Source of the DNA: Phoronis australis
Taxonomy: Eukaryota; Animalia; Phoronida
NCBI GenBank assembly: GCA_002633005.1
Contig: NMRA01000216.1
Coordinates: 610,473-674,472 of the forward strand
Reading direction: 5' to 3'
Length of the DNA stretch: 64,000 nt
The position numbers were made by a program, and so were the translations under genes. Shown one piece after another: positions 36,401 through 51,400 of the stretch; position 1 is the first letter of the stretch, and each line of letters begins with the position of its first letter. The notes below the pieces were generated by a model, which was not told where the DNA came from, searched no databases, and saw only the letters and a program-made list of their open reading frames with translations.

Positions 36401-39400
36401 ACTTGTTCCTGGGCTACCTGTGAAGGAGTATCACCAAGTGAGTGCTTTTCATGTGCCATTCACTGCCTATACGTAGTACTCATTTTCATCAGTAGGTGGC
36501 GAAGTTTGTTCCCTTATTCTTCATAGCCACACGACCAGCTTGTCCTCAACAATAATCGTTTATTAGCACACAACGGATTATGAAGTTGAAAACTAATTCA
36601 AAGCAAGGATACAGAGTATTCAAAATACCAAGAAGTTTTGTATAATTGGAATGAGCAACACAAGCAGTCTTCCAGCTTCTTAACCTGTTCAGGACCCACT
36701 AATGTGATGTAGCGTGTGGTGCCATCTAATGAGTTATGAATTAATTACAAGTCTTTTTTCTCCTTGCACATGTTTCTGATGTTTCTATGCATATGTGATT
36801 TGAGATTGTTTCGTCACTTATTATACTGGTCATCCGAAAGTCCTAACTATTGACAAAACCATGGTTTGATCTTTGTGTATATCATGGAATTAATACTTTT
36901 TTAGAATTGAACTTGCATCTTCTTGTGAATTTCCATTGAGATTTATTGTTGGTATATTGTAGCACAAGACTTAAGGCGTAGGTATCTTATGTTACTGGAA
37001 AAACTGATGTCTGTGGAAGAGTAACGACAGAACCTAGTGTACTGGGATGTTTGCCACCTTGCCATTTATTGGATTGACGTTCTGTCTGATCAGTGTTCTT
37101 AACCTCTTCGTAATCAAACATTCAGGCTTATTGCTTTCATGAAATTTCCCAAATCAGAAGTATTTCTCAATCGTTCTCCTTTGCGGAATGTATCATTCAT
37201 TTTGCTCATAACTCAGCAATTAATATAATTAATTAGTATTTTGTACTCAGCAGTAACACTACGGCTAATGATTATTGAAGTCACTTGACATAACATATTT
37301 ACCACATGACTCAAAAGGTTCCATGGCATATGTATGCAATTCTCCATGTTTCTGTCATGTCTTCTATCAGGCACGGAGGCTGGATCTTTGACGACTTCCC
37401 GAAGAATCGTGACCAGTGGTCGGCGCTCATCGAGCGTAACATTCTGCCCGACGATGTCGTCTGCCTCAAGGATAGTAGCGATGACTGGGAGTTCTCACAG
37501 CGTCGTTGGTATAAACTGAACAGGAGTGAGGTAGATGAGAAAGTCAACGCTCGGCTGAAGGCCGAGGCTGAAGAGAAGCTGCGCAAAGAGTTGGAGGAAC
37601 AGTAAGTCACGGGATTCTAGATTAAAGTTTAATGTATGTTTGTTGTCTGACTGCTGCGGAGAAGCATGGTGTATCCAGTTGGCTATTCCACAGGCGGAAA
37701 TGAATACTTGCATGATCTTAGCTTTTTGAGAATTTCTTGCATCTTCGTTTTCGTCCATTATTGCGCTAGCTCAGTTATGAGTATCTCACACAGTGCACTG
37801 TATACAGTAGCTTGATGCAATGAACTGATTGTTGGGTGATGAGTATTTGCAGTCCAGGTTATTTGGTGAAATACTCGGAATCTCATTGTTTGTGGTCTAT
37901 GTCAAAGAGTGATCACCTTATAATGGTGGTACACTGCTAACAATATGTGGATAGTTCTAGAGTTTTGTCACAGGTGGCGCTATTGACTGATTCTCAAAAC
38001 TTTTTCAGCTCCTTTTTGTTTGGCCACCAAATGCTCTGATGTGTAGATGTATGCATTTACCAATAGCATGATTGTAGAAAAGCTTGCATAATAGGTGAAA
38101 TTTTGTAGACAAAATACAGTAAATTTTGTTAATGTCTGAGTAATAGGAAGTATTTTCTGTCACGAAGCAGAGCTCATTCAAAACACGATGATTAAGATGG
38201 ACAAGTTTGATTCTAGCTATTTAAAAATCTTTAAACTTTTGTAACAGCTCTAACAACACAAGTACTCTAATGTGCTTACAATTTAACTTGATTTTGTTTG
38301 CCTATCAAAAAAAAAAATATATATATAAAGTTAATAAACAATGTTTTTATCTTTGTACACTAGATATCAGATTTTCTGTCACGTGAACACTGTACTATGA
38401 TTTGTCCAGGAGAAAGGCTGAAGAAGCGCGCATTCAGGCGGAAGAAGAGGAGAAACGGCGTAAGGAAGAAGAAAGACGCAGACGAATTGAGGCAGGCGAG
38501 GAAGAAGAAGGTGAAGATGATATTTCTTTTCTTGTTTTTTAGAGATATTGATGGGAAATAACTACTAGTCCCATTTCCAAACGTTGCTGGTGGGTTGTAA
38601 ATGTGAAATTTCTGGTTGCTTTAGGTGACCTTGTGCGCACGTGGACAATAAGAGTTTGTGTCCAGTGTCACAGTTGGGAAGCTGAATAAAATTTGAGGTA
38701 GCCGGGGCAAAGTTGAGGTCCCTAGAAGTTTATAGTTTCGCAAGAGTCTCAACCAACAACTGCAAACTGAAATTGGCTCTTGTGGACAAATTTTTGTCCT
38801 TATTGTATCAATAAGTAAACATGTTGTTTTAATCGTGTCCTGATGCAACATGTCACTCAAACACAATCCAAAATCAGCTGGAATCGATGAAATTTTGTGC
38901 TGGTGGCCATGCCGATTTTGCACGTTGCAGATGTCATGAACTTGTTTGCCGATTACCATTGTGATTTGTGTTGATGTTATGAAATCTTTAAAGGTATGAT
39001 TGGCCTGTTATTATAAATGAGATTTTCCTGATTCTGATCGGAGCAAATATTTTGTAATTTCTGTATTTGACGATCTCACATGAACTTTAAGTGTGACCTT
39101 ATTTCATGAAGAATTAAAAAGTTATATTTTCGTGCCTAAGTGTATGGGGAAAAGTTTAAAATTGTCAACTAATTAAAAACCCGAAACAAACGGTGGAAAA
39201 TCTGGGAAGTTCAGGTGGTGTTTGGCAAGTTGGGCAACTAAAATTTGAAATCGCGTTTTGCTAGTGAGGTTCTTTTTGAAATTACCGTAGGCAATCTGAG
39301 GTCATATTTTGTCCATATCAGAACATGCATCCAACGATTTCAAAAGCATTTTGTGTATATGTTAGAAAACCACATATTGCGAAAGTGATACTTATGTTTC

Positions 39401-42400
39401 TAGGCATGATTTTACCACTACTTATATTTTGATTTGTTAACTAACCTGTTGTGCTCATTAAGGTCATGTTGGACTCAATAGACAAGTGTGTGTAATTAGC
39501 CAATTGAAATATTTACAAAACTATTAATTTATGCACAGTAAATGTTGACGTTTTCTGAAAGTAAAAATCATGTAAAACTTGATTTTCGACTTTTTACCAA
39601 TCTGTCATGTATTAAGTCATGTGGCCTTGTCTTTTTAGTAAAATTTAGCAAAGAGGCAAATTCATAGTAGAGCAACGGTATCAAAACATGACCAAATTTC
39701 ATTTGATGTACACACTCAAGATGAAATCTCATGATGCTGTTACAGTTTACTAAATCATTTCATTTGTATTTTTCACAACTTTCAAGTTTTTTTATAAAAT
39801 TCCTATTTTTCAATAACACCTCATGCAAAATTGTGACATTTTGAAAACAAATCGTAACAATAGTTTGTAGTGTAGTGTGTAACGCATGTAAGTATGGTTG
39901 TGAGAGTTTCACATGAATCTGATCACCCGGCATTTCTGGGATATCACGTTCAGCTAGATTTTCACATATTATAGAGTCCTACGTATTATAAGTCGTGAAC
40001 AATTCTTGTGTACTAACCTCTTCACCCCCTTTCTCAGACTCCGATGGTTCGGTGAAGTCTGCCATGTCACGATCACCCAGTCCGACCAGCAGAGGTATTT
40101 AATGCATAGCTTCATGCTGGCCGTCCATCATTCCCCAAAAGCTACATGGATTCCCATACCGCTTTGCTTGCATTGCATTATGACGTGATTTGCATGACAT
40201 ATATTTTCTTATTGTGGTATCATAGGTGATAGTCTCTCTATTGTTTGGGTGATTTACCAAATGCACACTGTATGAGTCTGGGTTGACAAAAATTACCATC
40301 TTTACTCATCTTTGTCAGTAAAGATTATCAGTGATGCTAAAGTGGAATTTGCTGCCAATGTCATAATTTGAAGAGCTTATATGCTATGATCTATTTGCTT
40401 ACTTGAAACTCAGGCGTGTTTCATTAGATTACTGTACAGTCAATATATTGACTCACAAAACATCACTTAGTCATTCCACACCATTACCTCTAACTGCTTG
40501 CTTTCTTATTCAGAGACTGCTTGAGTTTTTTATTTTAACAGGGAACTCAGTTACTTGCACATGTAAGAAGACCCACACAAACACACACACATACACAACA
40601 CGCATGTGCGCGCACACACACAAATAACATATTTTTGAGTACATTACAAGAAAGGAAAACTCAAATATAGGGATGAAACTGCTCAGTAATAAAGAGAAAA
40701 TAATTCTCATAGTACTTTTTAGTAAATTACCACATTCTACTACTAAGATATGGTGCAGTTTGTAGCAGATTTCAAGTCATGAAAGCTGTTTGCTGCCATT
40801 AACGTGCCCTGTTAGTGAATTCTGGAGCTCGTGAAGAACGATCACTGCATCTTTCGAGTTAACATTTCTTTTACAAGGTATTTACAGTTAGTTCTATCAT
40901 TTTAGTTTACTTCGATCTTTTTATGGACGATATTCTTTATTTATTGGTTTTGTTTTGCAAACAAAATAGAACCTGCTGAGGAGGGTGACAAAGAAGGTGA
41001 AAGTAACCAAGAAGTTGAAAAAGAGGCTGAGAAGGAGCCTGAAAAAGAGGCTGAAAAAGAAATAGAAAAAGAGTCTGAGACAGAACCCGAGAAAGAGGCT
41101 GAGAAGGAATCTGAATCACCATTGGCTGAGGGAGAAGAAAGTGAGACTCAGCAGGAGGCTGCAGCACCATCTGGTGAAGAGGCCGAGAAGCCTGAGGAGG
41201 ACAAGTCAGAGGGAGCCATGTCCACTGTAGCACCCACTCCTGATGTGCCATCAAAAGCTGAGGAGATTGTGCAGGAAGGTACTGGTGACATCTGTTAGCT
41301 TGTGGTTATAACGGATGCATTTGACAGTCATGGTTGTACGAAGGATCATGGCAGTCATTTGTCCTGTGTTATATCAATATTTTAATCTGAATAACTAAAG
41401 CGTCTATTTTCTTCTGTTCTTTGTAATCTAGACAAGGCTAATGTTGGTGAGTTGCAGAGTTTGATGTGAGAGCAGGCTAGTTTATGAGTTAAATTTTGAG
41501 TGCAATATCTTGAACAGCGTGCCTTTTTGCATTAGTTGGTGCAATTAAGTTGATGAATAATTTGTTGTAGGACTGTGACATATTATTTCAAGAGTGGTTA
41601 AATTTAATTTATGTACCTTAAGTAACCCTTTATCAGCCATTGACGAGCATCATCTCACACGTCTTAAATGCAATCTCTCATTTTGATCTCTGCCAACTTG
41701 AGCAAAAAGTTGACATGGAAAATTCTTTTGCTTAATTTGTAAATTCCCTGCAAAAATATTCTTGACAGCAAAAAGTTATGGCACCACTTTTTTCTTCATT
41801 TTATTTGTTTTGTATTAGCTGACTGTTACAAGAGTGCTGTTGTTAGTATGCAGTGTTTGAATGTCTACTTACATCTGACCATTGCTCAGTTCTCTTTCAA
41901 GCACTTCCTATCATATACAGTACAGAGTCAACGATTTAAACTCGTCTGTTAAATGCCATTCAATTTTTAACTCAAGTCAATTTCAATTTCTTTCTTATAA
42001 ACAATATAAAATTGACATTTTTGATTGTTTATGCATTCACATGAAGGGAAGTCTATCTGCATTTTCGTGAGTTTTCTTGCGGGACGCTGTTTTTGAAATT
42101 TATTTCTCGCTACACATGTCATTTGAAGAATTTTTCAAAATNAGGCAATAACACCTCATGCAAAATTGTGACATTTTGAAAACAAATCCTAACAATATTT
42201 TGTAGTGCAGTGTGTAACGCATGTAAGTATGGTTGTGCGAGTTTCACATGAATCTGATCCCCGGCATTTCTGGGATATGACGTTCAGCTAGATTTTCACA
42301 TTTTACAGAGTCCTACATAACCTTAAGTCGTGAACAATTCTTGTGTACTAACCTCTTCACCCCCTTTCTCAGACTCCGATGGTTCGGTGAAGTCTGCCAT

Positions 42401-45400
42401 GTCACGATCACCCAGTCCGACCAGCAGAGGTATTTAATGCATAGCTTCATGCTGGCCGTCCATCATTCCCCAAACGCTACATGGATTCCCGTACTGCTTT
42501 GCTTGCATTGCATTATGACGTGATTTGCATGACATATATTTTCTTATTGTGATATCATAGGTGATAGTCTCTCTATTGTTTTGATAATTTACACTAATGC
42601 ACACTGCATGGGTCTGGGTTGCCAAAAATTACCATCTTTACTCATCTTTGTCAGTAAAGATTATCAGTGATGCTAAAGTGGAATTCGCTGCCAATGTCGT
42701 ATTTTGAAGAGCTTATATGCAATGATCTATTTGCTTACTTGAACCTCAGGCGTGTTTCATTAGATTACTTTACAGTCATTATATTGACTCACAAAACATC
42801 ACTTAGTCATTCCACATCATTACCTCTAACTGCTTGCTTTCTTATTCAGTGACTGCTTGAGTTTCTTATTTTAGCAGGGAACTCGGTTACTTGCACATGT
42901 AAGAAGACCCACACAAACACACACACATACACAACACGCATGTGCGTGCACACACACACTCACACGTGCACACGAATGCGCACACGCACGCGCGTGCACA
43001 CACACACACAAATAACATGTCTTTGAGTACATTACAAGAAATGAATACTTAAATATAGGGATGAAACTGATCGATCAGTAATAAAGAGAAAATAATTCTC
43101 ATAGTACTTTTTAGTAAATTACCACATTACCGCTAAGATATGGTGCAGTAGCAGATTTGAAGTCATGAAAGGTGTTTGCTGCCATTAACGTGCCCTGGTA
43201 GTGAGTTCTGAAGAATGATCACTGCATCTTTCGAGTTAACATTTCTTTTACAAGGTATTTACAATTAGTTCTATCATTTTAGTTTACTTCTTTTTATGGA
43301 CTTTATTCTTTATTTATTGGTTTTGTTTTGCAAACAAAATAGAACCTGCTGAGGAGGGTGACAAAGAAGGTGAAAGTAACCAAGAAGTTGAAAAAGAGGC
43401 TGAGAAGGAGCCTGAAAAGGAGGCTGAAAAAGAAATAGAAAAAGAGTCCGAGACAGAACCTGAGAAAGAGGCTGAGAAGGAATCTGAATCACCATTGGCT
43501 GAGGGAGAAGAAGGTGAGACTCAACAGGAGACTGCAGCACCATCTGGTGAAGAGGCCGAGAAGCCTGAGGATGACAAGTCAGAGGGAGCCATGTCCACTG
43601 TAGCACCCACTCCTGATGTGCCATCAAAAGCTGAGGAGATTGTGCAGGAAGGTACTGGTGACATCTGTTAGCTTGTGGTTATAACGGATGCATTTGACAG
43701 TCATGGTTGTACGAAGGATCATGGCAGTCATTTGTCCTGTGTTATATCAATATTTTAATCTGAATAACTAAAGCGTCTATTTTCTTCTGTTCTTTGTAAT
43801 CTAGACAAGGCTAATGTTGGTGAGTTGCAGAGTTTGATGTGAGAGCAGGCTAGTTTATGAGTTAAATTTTGAGTGCAATATCTTGAACAGCGTGCCTTTT
43901 TGCATTAGTTGGTGCAATTAAGTTGATGAATAATTTGTTGTAGGACTGTGACATATTATTTCAAGAGTGGTTAAATTTAATTTATGTACCTTAAGTAACC
44001 CTTTATCAGCCATTGACGAGCATCATCTCACACGTCTTAAATGCAATCTCTCATTTTGATCTCTGCCAACTTGAGCAAAAAGTTGACATGGAAAATTCTT
44101 TTGCTTAATTTGTAAATTCCCTGCAAAAATATTCTTGACAGCAAAAAGTTATGGCACCACTTTTTTCTTCATTTTATTTGTTTTGTATTAGCTGACTGTT
44201 ACAAGAGTGCTGTTGTTAGTATGCAGTGTTTGAATGTCTACTTACATCTGACCATTGCTCAGTTCTCTTTCAAGCACTTCCTATCATATACAGTACAGAG
44301 TCAACGATTTAAACTCGTCTGTTAAATGCCATTCAATTTTTAACTCAAGTCAATTTCAATTTCTTTCTTATAAACAATATAAAATTGACATTTTTGATTG
44401 TTTATGCATTCACATGAAGGGAAGTCTATCTGCATTTTCGTGAGTTTTCTTGCGGGACGCTGTTTTTGAAATTTATTTCTCGCTACACATGTCATTTGAA
44501 GAATTTTTCAAAATACTGAGAATTTGAAAAGAAATAAAAGCGTGAATATTGTAAGTGTTGCTTTGTATGTAGAACAACCTTCAGTAGAGGAGATTCCGGA
44601 GGAGGATGTGCTGCCCCCTGCTGGCCCTGAGACGGAGGAGTTCAAGAAGTCAATGAAGGAGTTCACATCTGAGTGGCCGACCATTCAGGGCATCATCACT
44701 GGCAGCAGCTCGGCTGAACCCGTTGTCTTGGAGATAGCCGATGGTCAGTCACTGGACGAGATGTTAGAAGAAGTCTCCAAGACCATGGAGAGTAAGTACA
44801 GGCTATAATGAGTTTTTTTGGAAAATTGGTGATGTTGATTTTGTTGACGAGCTTTGTGGTGTGGAATGGAGAGTTTGTATGCAATGTGAGGAGGCATACA
44901 TATTTTCTTCCACTCAATGTGCTGGTCCTTCAACAAGCTGGGTCCGCATTAAACTAATTGTGAGCATAATGGAATGGCATTGAATAGATGTTATGTGGGT
45001 GTTACCCTTTTTGGTCTGCAGTTTTAAAACAAGCTGTGTGTCATTCCTCCTTAGATCTGTACACATACTCTGGCTGGGAGTATGCTGGCATGGATATTGA
45101 TGAAGAGGAAGAAGATGCCGAGGCTGACGCAGCTGCTAATGAAGAAGAGGAGGAAGAAGAAGAGGTAAGGACACGTCAGTCATTAGAGATGATGTTGTTG
45201 AGGGATGTGAAAGGCAATCATGACTTATTGGAGGACATGTCTTGTATTTTAGTCATTATGTAGGGATGCGAATTGTTAACAGAAAAGTTGTGCTAAGTTT
45301 GAGCAATGTTTGAATGTGTCATTGGAGACTAGATGTGTCGCATGTTGAATGATGGTATTACATTAGAACCCATGTCATAGGGGATTTGTTGTAAATGGTG

Positions 45401-48400
45401 TACACACACTCTGCGTGTGTAGAAAGATGATCTGTTCTGTTGCAATGTTCTTGAAAGCCAACTGATTTTCTTGAAATTTTTTATGGTTTTCTTTTGATGA
45501 GCAGATGACACTTAAAAAGGTACTTTAATATGACTTTAGGCTAGACTTAGCTACTGATGTATAGCTTCAGTATAATAGCTCTTAGCATTTAGCATAGATG
45601 TGACACCTTCAGAAATGCGTAGACAAAATCTGTGTTAAACATGTGATCACAGACTGCAAAGTACAGAGCATCAGTGCCGAGGAATTGTGAAATGGTGTTG
45701 ATTATTCTATTTTTGCTGTGCAACAGTCGAGGGCTACGCGCTTACTGTGGTACAAAGAAGGGCGCATTTTGAAGGTAGAACTGCTGCACTGCGTATCACA
45801 CTAGCTTGGAGGAATTTGCATGTTGACTGCTGAGTTTCATTCTAAGGAATTGCCACTCTGCACTTTATAAGTTGAAGCACGTTTTATTTGAATTGTTTGG
45901 ATATGAGGACAATTTGGCGTGTTGATTCACTCAATTTTGATAGTTGTGACGTGTCATTAATGTAGTAATTTTCAGGGTATCTGGTGATAAAGAATTGGAC
46001 ACTTCTTAATTGCTTTTCCATTTATCTAAACTTACACCATATGTCTCTAAAAGAGCTAAATGTTCTTACTGGGAAGAAGTCATCAGTCACAGTGATAACA
46101 TCCCTTCCTTTCTGTAATTCCAATCACTTCCATTTTCGGCATCAACTCCATTTATTTTGACGTGTTACATTTAGTTCTTAAAATTGAACAAAAACAATTA
46201 TCAAAATTTCCATTTTTCCAGTATTCAAACGCTCACTGCGTTGCGAAAAAGTTCCAAATTTCAAAGATGTACTGGTTGATGTCATGCATGATTGTACAAT
46301 GAATTTTTTTTCCTGTATTTCTTTGTGTTGAGAAATACGAAACAAAAATTTCCTATACCATATTATTTTGTGTTCTAAATGCAAGATCTTTCCTGTACCA
46401 ACACGTGCACGTAAACTGACAAATTCTACTACAGAAAAAGATCCCAACCATAGCAAGTTACGAACCACTGTATGATTCTATTCTTACCTACAAGCTGCGT
46501 TTTACCGTTTCCTTCTATGTTACGTCCCTAGGAGGAAGATCCCAATCGCAGTAAGAAGAAACCGCTTGGTGACACTAACCACTTCTGCCCAGTCTCACTG
46601 AAGGAAAAGAATGTGCTATGGCCGGGTAATCCTGAGTGTGCGGCCAAGTTCAGAGAGAAGGTCTACTACTTGGCTACTGATGACGAGCGCACTAAGTTTT
46701 TGGACGACCCCTATAAGTACCTGCCAAAACACGCACCGCCTCAGGTATAATGTGATGTGGAATTTTAATTATGATACCATGTAACAAACTTTATTGTCAA
46801 CGTACTACGAGTGCATGTATGAATACACCATAAACCCCAATGAGCAGAAAACTAAAATGCAAATTTCCTTTTCTGCAAAATGTTTGTCATTATCTGTGTC
46901 AAAAAGGGTAATTTTTACAACATGCTGTCTGTGATTTAAAAAAGATAGGGGACACACTCACTATGCGCTCTTCATTGCAACTTCAAAAGAACTAGCCAAG
47001 CATCCGTAAAGAAAAGCAGTCTAGAAAACCTTTTAATATATAATATAGTGAAACTCTCCTAAGCGTGGCTTAGTGATTTCATCTAAGGAAAGCAAAACCC
47101 AACTCATCTGAAAGGATGGCTACATATGAACTGAAATGTCCATATCATGGAGCTGTGTCTAAATTAGGCTAAGTATCGACCTACTTGTGTCTGATTTATG
47201 GGATGGAGCTTTACTGAAATCTTTTTCAATTGACAAAATGCTTTTATCCAAGTGTTCGTGTTTCAGCCTCCAGCCTTGCGTTTATTTGTCCTTGGCGCCA
47301 AAGGCTCTGGTAAGACACTGCATGGGCGTCAGTTGGCCAAGAAGCTGGGGATCTTCCACATTCAGTTCCATGAACGACTACAAGAGCTGATCCTACCGAA
47401 GACCAAGAAGAAGGTCGGGCCAGAGTATGCTGAGGAGAATGAGCCAGAAGAACCTGATGAAGAGGATGAAGAGTGAGTGAAAGCTCGTGCGCAGTTAAGG
47501 ATAGTGGGGACTACTAGTTGAGATGTAGCTTTAGACTTACTCTTGACTGTCTTTTGATTTTGGGGACTTGATAAGGTGCTTAAGACCCGAGACTTGATGT
47601 GCTTAAATAGCAAGTTAACCAAGAGTGTGGATAAAGCCTAGTTCGTTTCGAAGTCTGCAACAATGTTTGAATGACTTATAAAGTTGCCTATAAAGATTAA
47701 CGTTGTAGTCTGTCACATTCTATTAGTGGTGGTCTTAGGAGTCTTTGTTGAATAGACTGCGGTTTCTCGTTTTGCTGCCACAAATTCCCAGTGACTCATA
47801 TTTTTTTAAATTGAATAAAATTTCTAAATCCTGATATACATTAAAGAAAGCCGAGCTGTTTGCATAGATTTGTTGCAAACTTTTCCTTTTATCCAAAAAT
47901 TTCCAAAACGTTTTCTTTGTGTGTACCTGGACCATTCAAGTAAATTACTGTCACTTTATTTTATTCACTCAGTCATTCATTTGCTTCTCTTTCATTGCTT
48001 TTAAATTATTATAAAACCTGGTTTGGTTACAGTGAGGATGAGACGCCAGCCATTGTTGGACCAGAAGACAGCAGTAGTGGTAAATTAGCAACAGAGACAT
48101 CTGATGATAGCAAAGACACGTCTGCTACTGCTAAGCAGACAGCAGCTGCACCTGCTGAGACTACAGAGAAGAAAGAGGTATCCGCAGTCTCACCAGTGAT
48201 GGTGTGAAAATGTTTGAGAGAAAATGTTGGCTCATACTAGTACATAGAGGCCAAATTTGTTTATAATGGCTGTAAACTCACCTTCTGTTACAGTAATCAA
48301 ATTTTGATTTAGGCCTCTTACTTTTATGAAATTTGCCTCAAATTGTTCCTTAGTCAAAATAAGTGTGATTTCCAGGCTTGGAAATAACTGTCAGCTCAAT

Positions 48401-51400
48401 ATTGCTTAAGATTAGGCTCTGCTGGTTGGCTTGTCATGGTGTGTGATTTTATACGCTGAGCATAGTCTTGTTCTATGATGAAGTGTCAGTTATTTGCAAG
48501 ACCACAAATCTTTTCTCATCTGAGTAAGAACAAAGCCGAGTGGTCCTAGTGGCCTAAATCAGAAGATAGTTTCTTTGTTGAAATGCGGGTTTATTGCTGC
48601 CTTAGGTTTGTGTCTATTTCAAATTTTTTTTCTTATCTCCATCGCCATAGTTTTCATCTACCATTAATGGAGTTTTCTTGTTGAGAGATGCTATTTGCTT
48701 ATGAGTTGAGCTTCTTATCTTCGGTATTCTGGAGATCTCTAAAATCCTTCATTTCGTTTCTTCATTCAAGGAAGAAGAGGAGGAAGAAGAGGTAGAGTTG
48801 ACAGATGACGAGGAAGCCATTAAAGCGTACCTGGAGAGTGAGGAACCGCTGCCCACGGAGGTGCTGGAAAATATCGTTATGGACTGGTGGAACAAAGAGC
48901 CCTTCAAGTAAGACACAGTTATGTTGTTGAGTCATCTTACAATTATTGTATCGTGGTCTTGTTATCTCTGGGTTGAGGAACTCATGAGATTAAGACACCC
49001 ACAAGTTTGGAAAATGTGCAGCCTTCAAGTAAAATGTGGAGGGTTGGCATCGGCAGGGAACAAAGAAATGCAGTTGGGGGATAAAAGCTTGTTTTACAGA
49101 CAGGCATCAGGAAGATTTTCAACACTCTGTGCTTCCAGTCAGCACGCATATCAAGTGAACTTTTCACCCGTCACTACAAAATTGAGTCATTGTTGCAAAA
49201 TGCATTCAAAGTTTTGTTTTGTGTCTTTCAAACAAATTTTAAGTTTCATGTTTTATCTGTCATTGCTTCCTTTCAACATTTAAAAGTTGTTTGTCATTGC
49301 ATTAATTTCTGTTGCAATTTTTGTTTTGTCTTTAGATCCACAGGCTTTATCCTGGAAGGCTTCCCACGTACTGTTGAAGAGGCCAAGTGGATTGGTGAAA
49401 GTGGTTTGTTCCCAGACGCAGCTGTTCTATTGGCTGTTGAAGACACTGATGTCATTGCTAGGCTCCTCCCACCCAAAATGGAGAAGTGGAAGGTCAAGCG
49501 TGACAAACGTCTGGCAAAAAAGGCCAAGGCTAAGGAAAAGGCCAAGAAAAAGAGGGTGTGTAATATGCAAATGATAAATTTTGACTTGTTATTGGTGGTT
49601 AATTTTATGTATTAAGCTTAATTTTGGGTAAGCTGTTAAGCTGAGCATGAGCGTTCAAAATAAAAATTTGGAAATTATGTTGGTGGGCATTTAATTGAAC
49701 ACTGGCATTAACTGAAACGAATACGTTAGTAAGTACTATGAACTTGTAGGTAGTTAACTTACAGTTTGTACTTTGGTTGTTTTTAGCTTACAATGTGTGA
49801 TAAGATATTTATCAACACTTTCTTGTTCTAGATGCACAGGCACAAAATATGTGTTGCAGAATTTATATTATGAACCACTATACTGTTTTGGTGTTTTCAC
49901 TTGCGGTGATATTCAGTGAAATAAATTTCGCCCTTTCAACACCATTTCACATTGTACTGTAATCTGTATAAAAATAATTTTCAGTTCCTTGACTTCATTA
50001 TTTTTTTGTTATTGCTTCCATGTTTTTTGACAGGAGGCTGAAATACAAAAGCGTCGTCTGGAACTTACGAAGGAGATGGCGGAAAAGAAAGCTCGTAAGC
50101 AGGAACGTGACTCGGACGAAGATGAACCTGAAGATGAAGATGAAGAAGAAGAAGAGGAGGAGGAGGAAGAAGATATTGAGGCCATCTTGGCTGAGGAGTT
50201 TGAGGTAAGATTATGAATTGGTGCACGGTAACTATTATTTCACAGTGATGTCACGATGGAGTTATTTATACCTTACATACAGCCTTGTGAAGATAACGCA
50301 CATTTGGTTTCTGTCCTGTTATGATTGTGTGATGGGATTTGAAGGTCTGTTACTAGTGTCTGTCTTCCAATGTTATTAGTGACATAGGAGGTCTAATGTT
50401 ATTTCATAATGTCTTTTTACACCATATTTACATTGTGATATGTAATTATATTTTCTCCTTTCTTTGCAAGTTTTCATAATTAAGTGTTTCAGAGATCAAG
50501 AAGAAATTGTATCAATTATATCAGGAAGACATTACCAATGTGCTCTGGATTATATGTTAATGATAATTTATTTTTATCATTCCCAGGAAGAAGAAGAAGA
50601 AGAGGAGGAAGAAGAGGAGTTAGAAGAAGACGCTGTAGACAGGATGACTAATGATATGAATGAAGTTTATGATAACGATGTCAACAGGTAAACAGCAGGC
50701 ATATTGTACATCATTGGCTGTGTCCATGCAGACATAATTTCCCTCTACAGCTCCATGATGTAGTGCTACACTGGCACTTTTTAGTTCATTAAGGATGCAT
50801 CAGCCCAAAAACAAGACTCTTCTTAGTCGGTATTAGATTTCTTTGTGTTCAAAATAATTTTCCATGGTAACAATGCATAACGCAGTTTTGTCATGCTAGA
50901 CTGTCAAAATTATCAATGCATCTCACAAAAAGCAGCCCACTAAGATCTTAGACCTTGATGTTATGTTTCTAGCTGCCCAAACAGCATGAAAAAGTAACAG
51001 GTCATTCAGATCACTGGTAATAGCATTTTAGTTGTACTCCCTAAGTCCCTAAGATTACATCAAAGCCATTTTGAGTTTTGGTATAGAAAAAAGACTAGTT
51101 CAAAATACCACTCAAACTCTGTTTAAATGAACTCTATACTGATTTGTATGATCAGTGGTCGCTAATCATGATTCTTAGCCAGTCACGTGTCTCTTTATCA
51201 GATTATCAGCTGTGCAGGAAGTACTGGAGGAGCTCCTGATCCCGCGCATCGAGTTGGAGGGTGGTCGTAAGCCGCCCATTGTCCGTTACCAGTTAATGAA
51301 GCAGCTCAAATCCATGATCTCCTTCCGCCAGAGCTTGTTTGAGCGCTGCTATGCCGTCAATGAGAAGCTGGCTCGCAGCATGCTTCAGATGGGTTACAAA

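Noticed and set aside
40937-43627. Duplicated 105-aa Gln/Pro/Leu-rich minus-strand ORFs
   Set aside because: They are antisense shadows of the Glu/Lys-rich AK9 exon.
48178-48770. Possible U12-type intron (donor GTATCC)
   Set aside because: The donor is GTATCCGC rather than GTATCCTT, and I see no clear U12 branch-point consensus.
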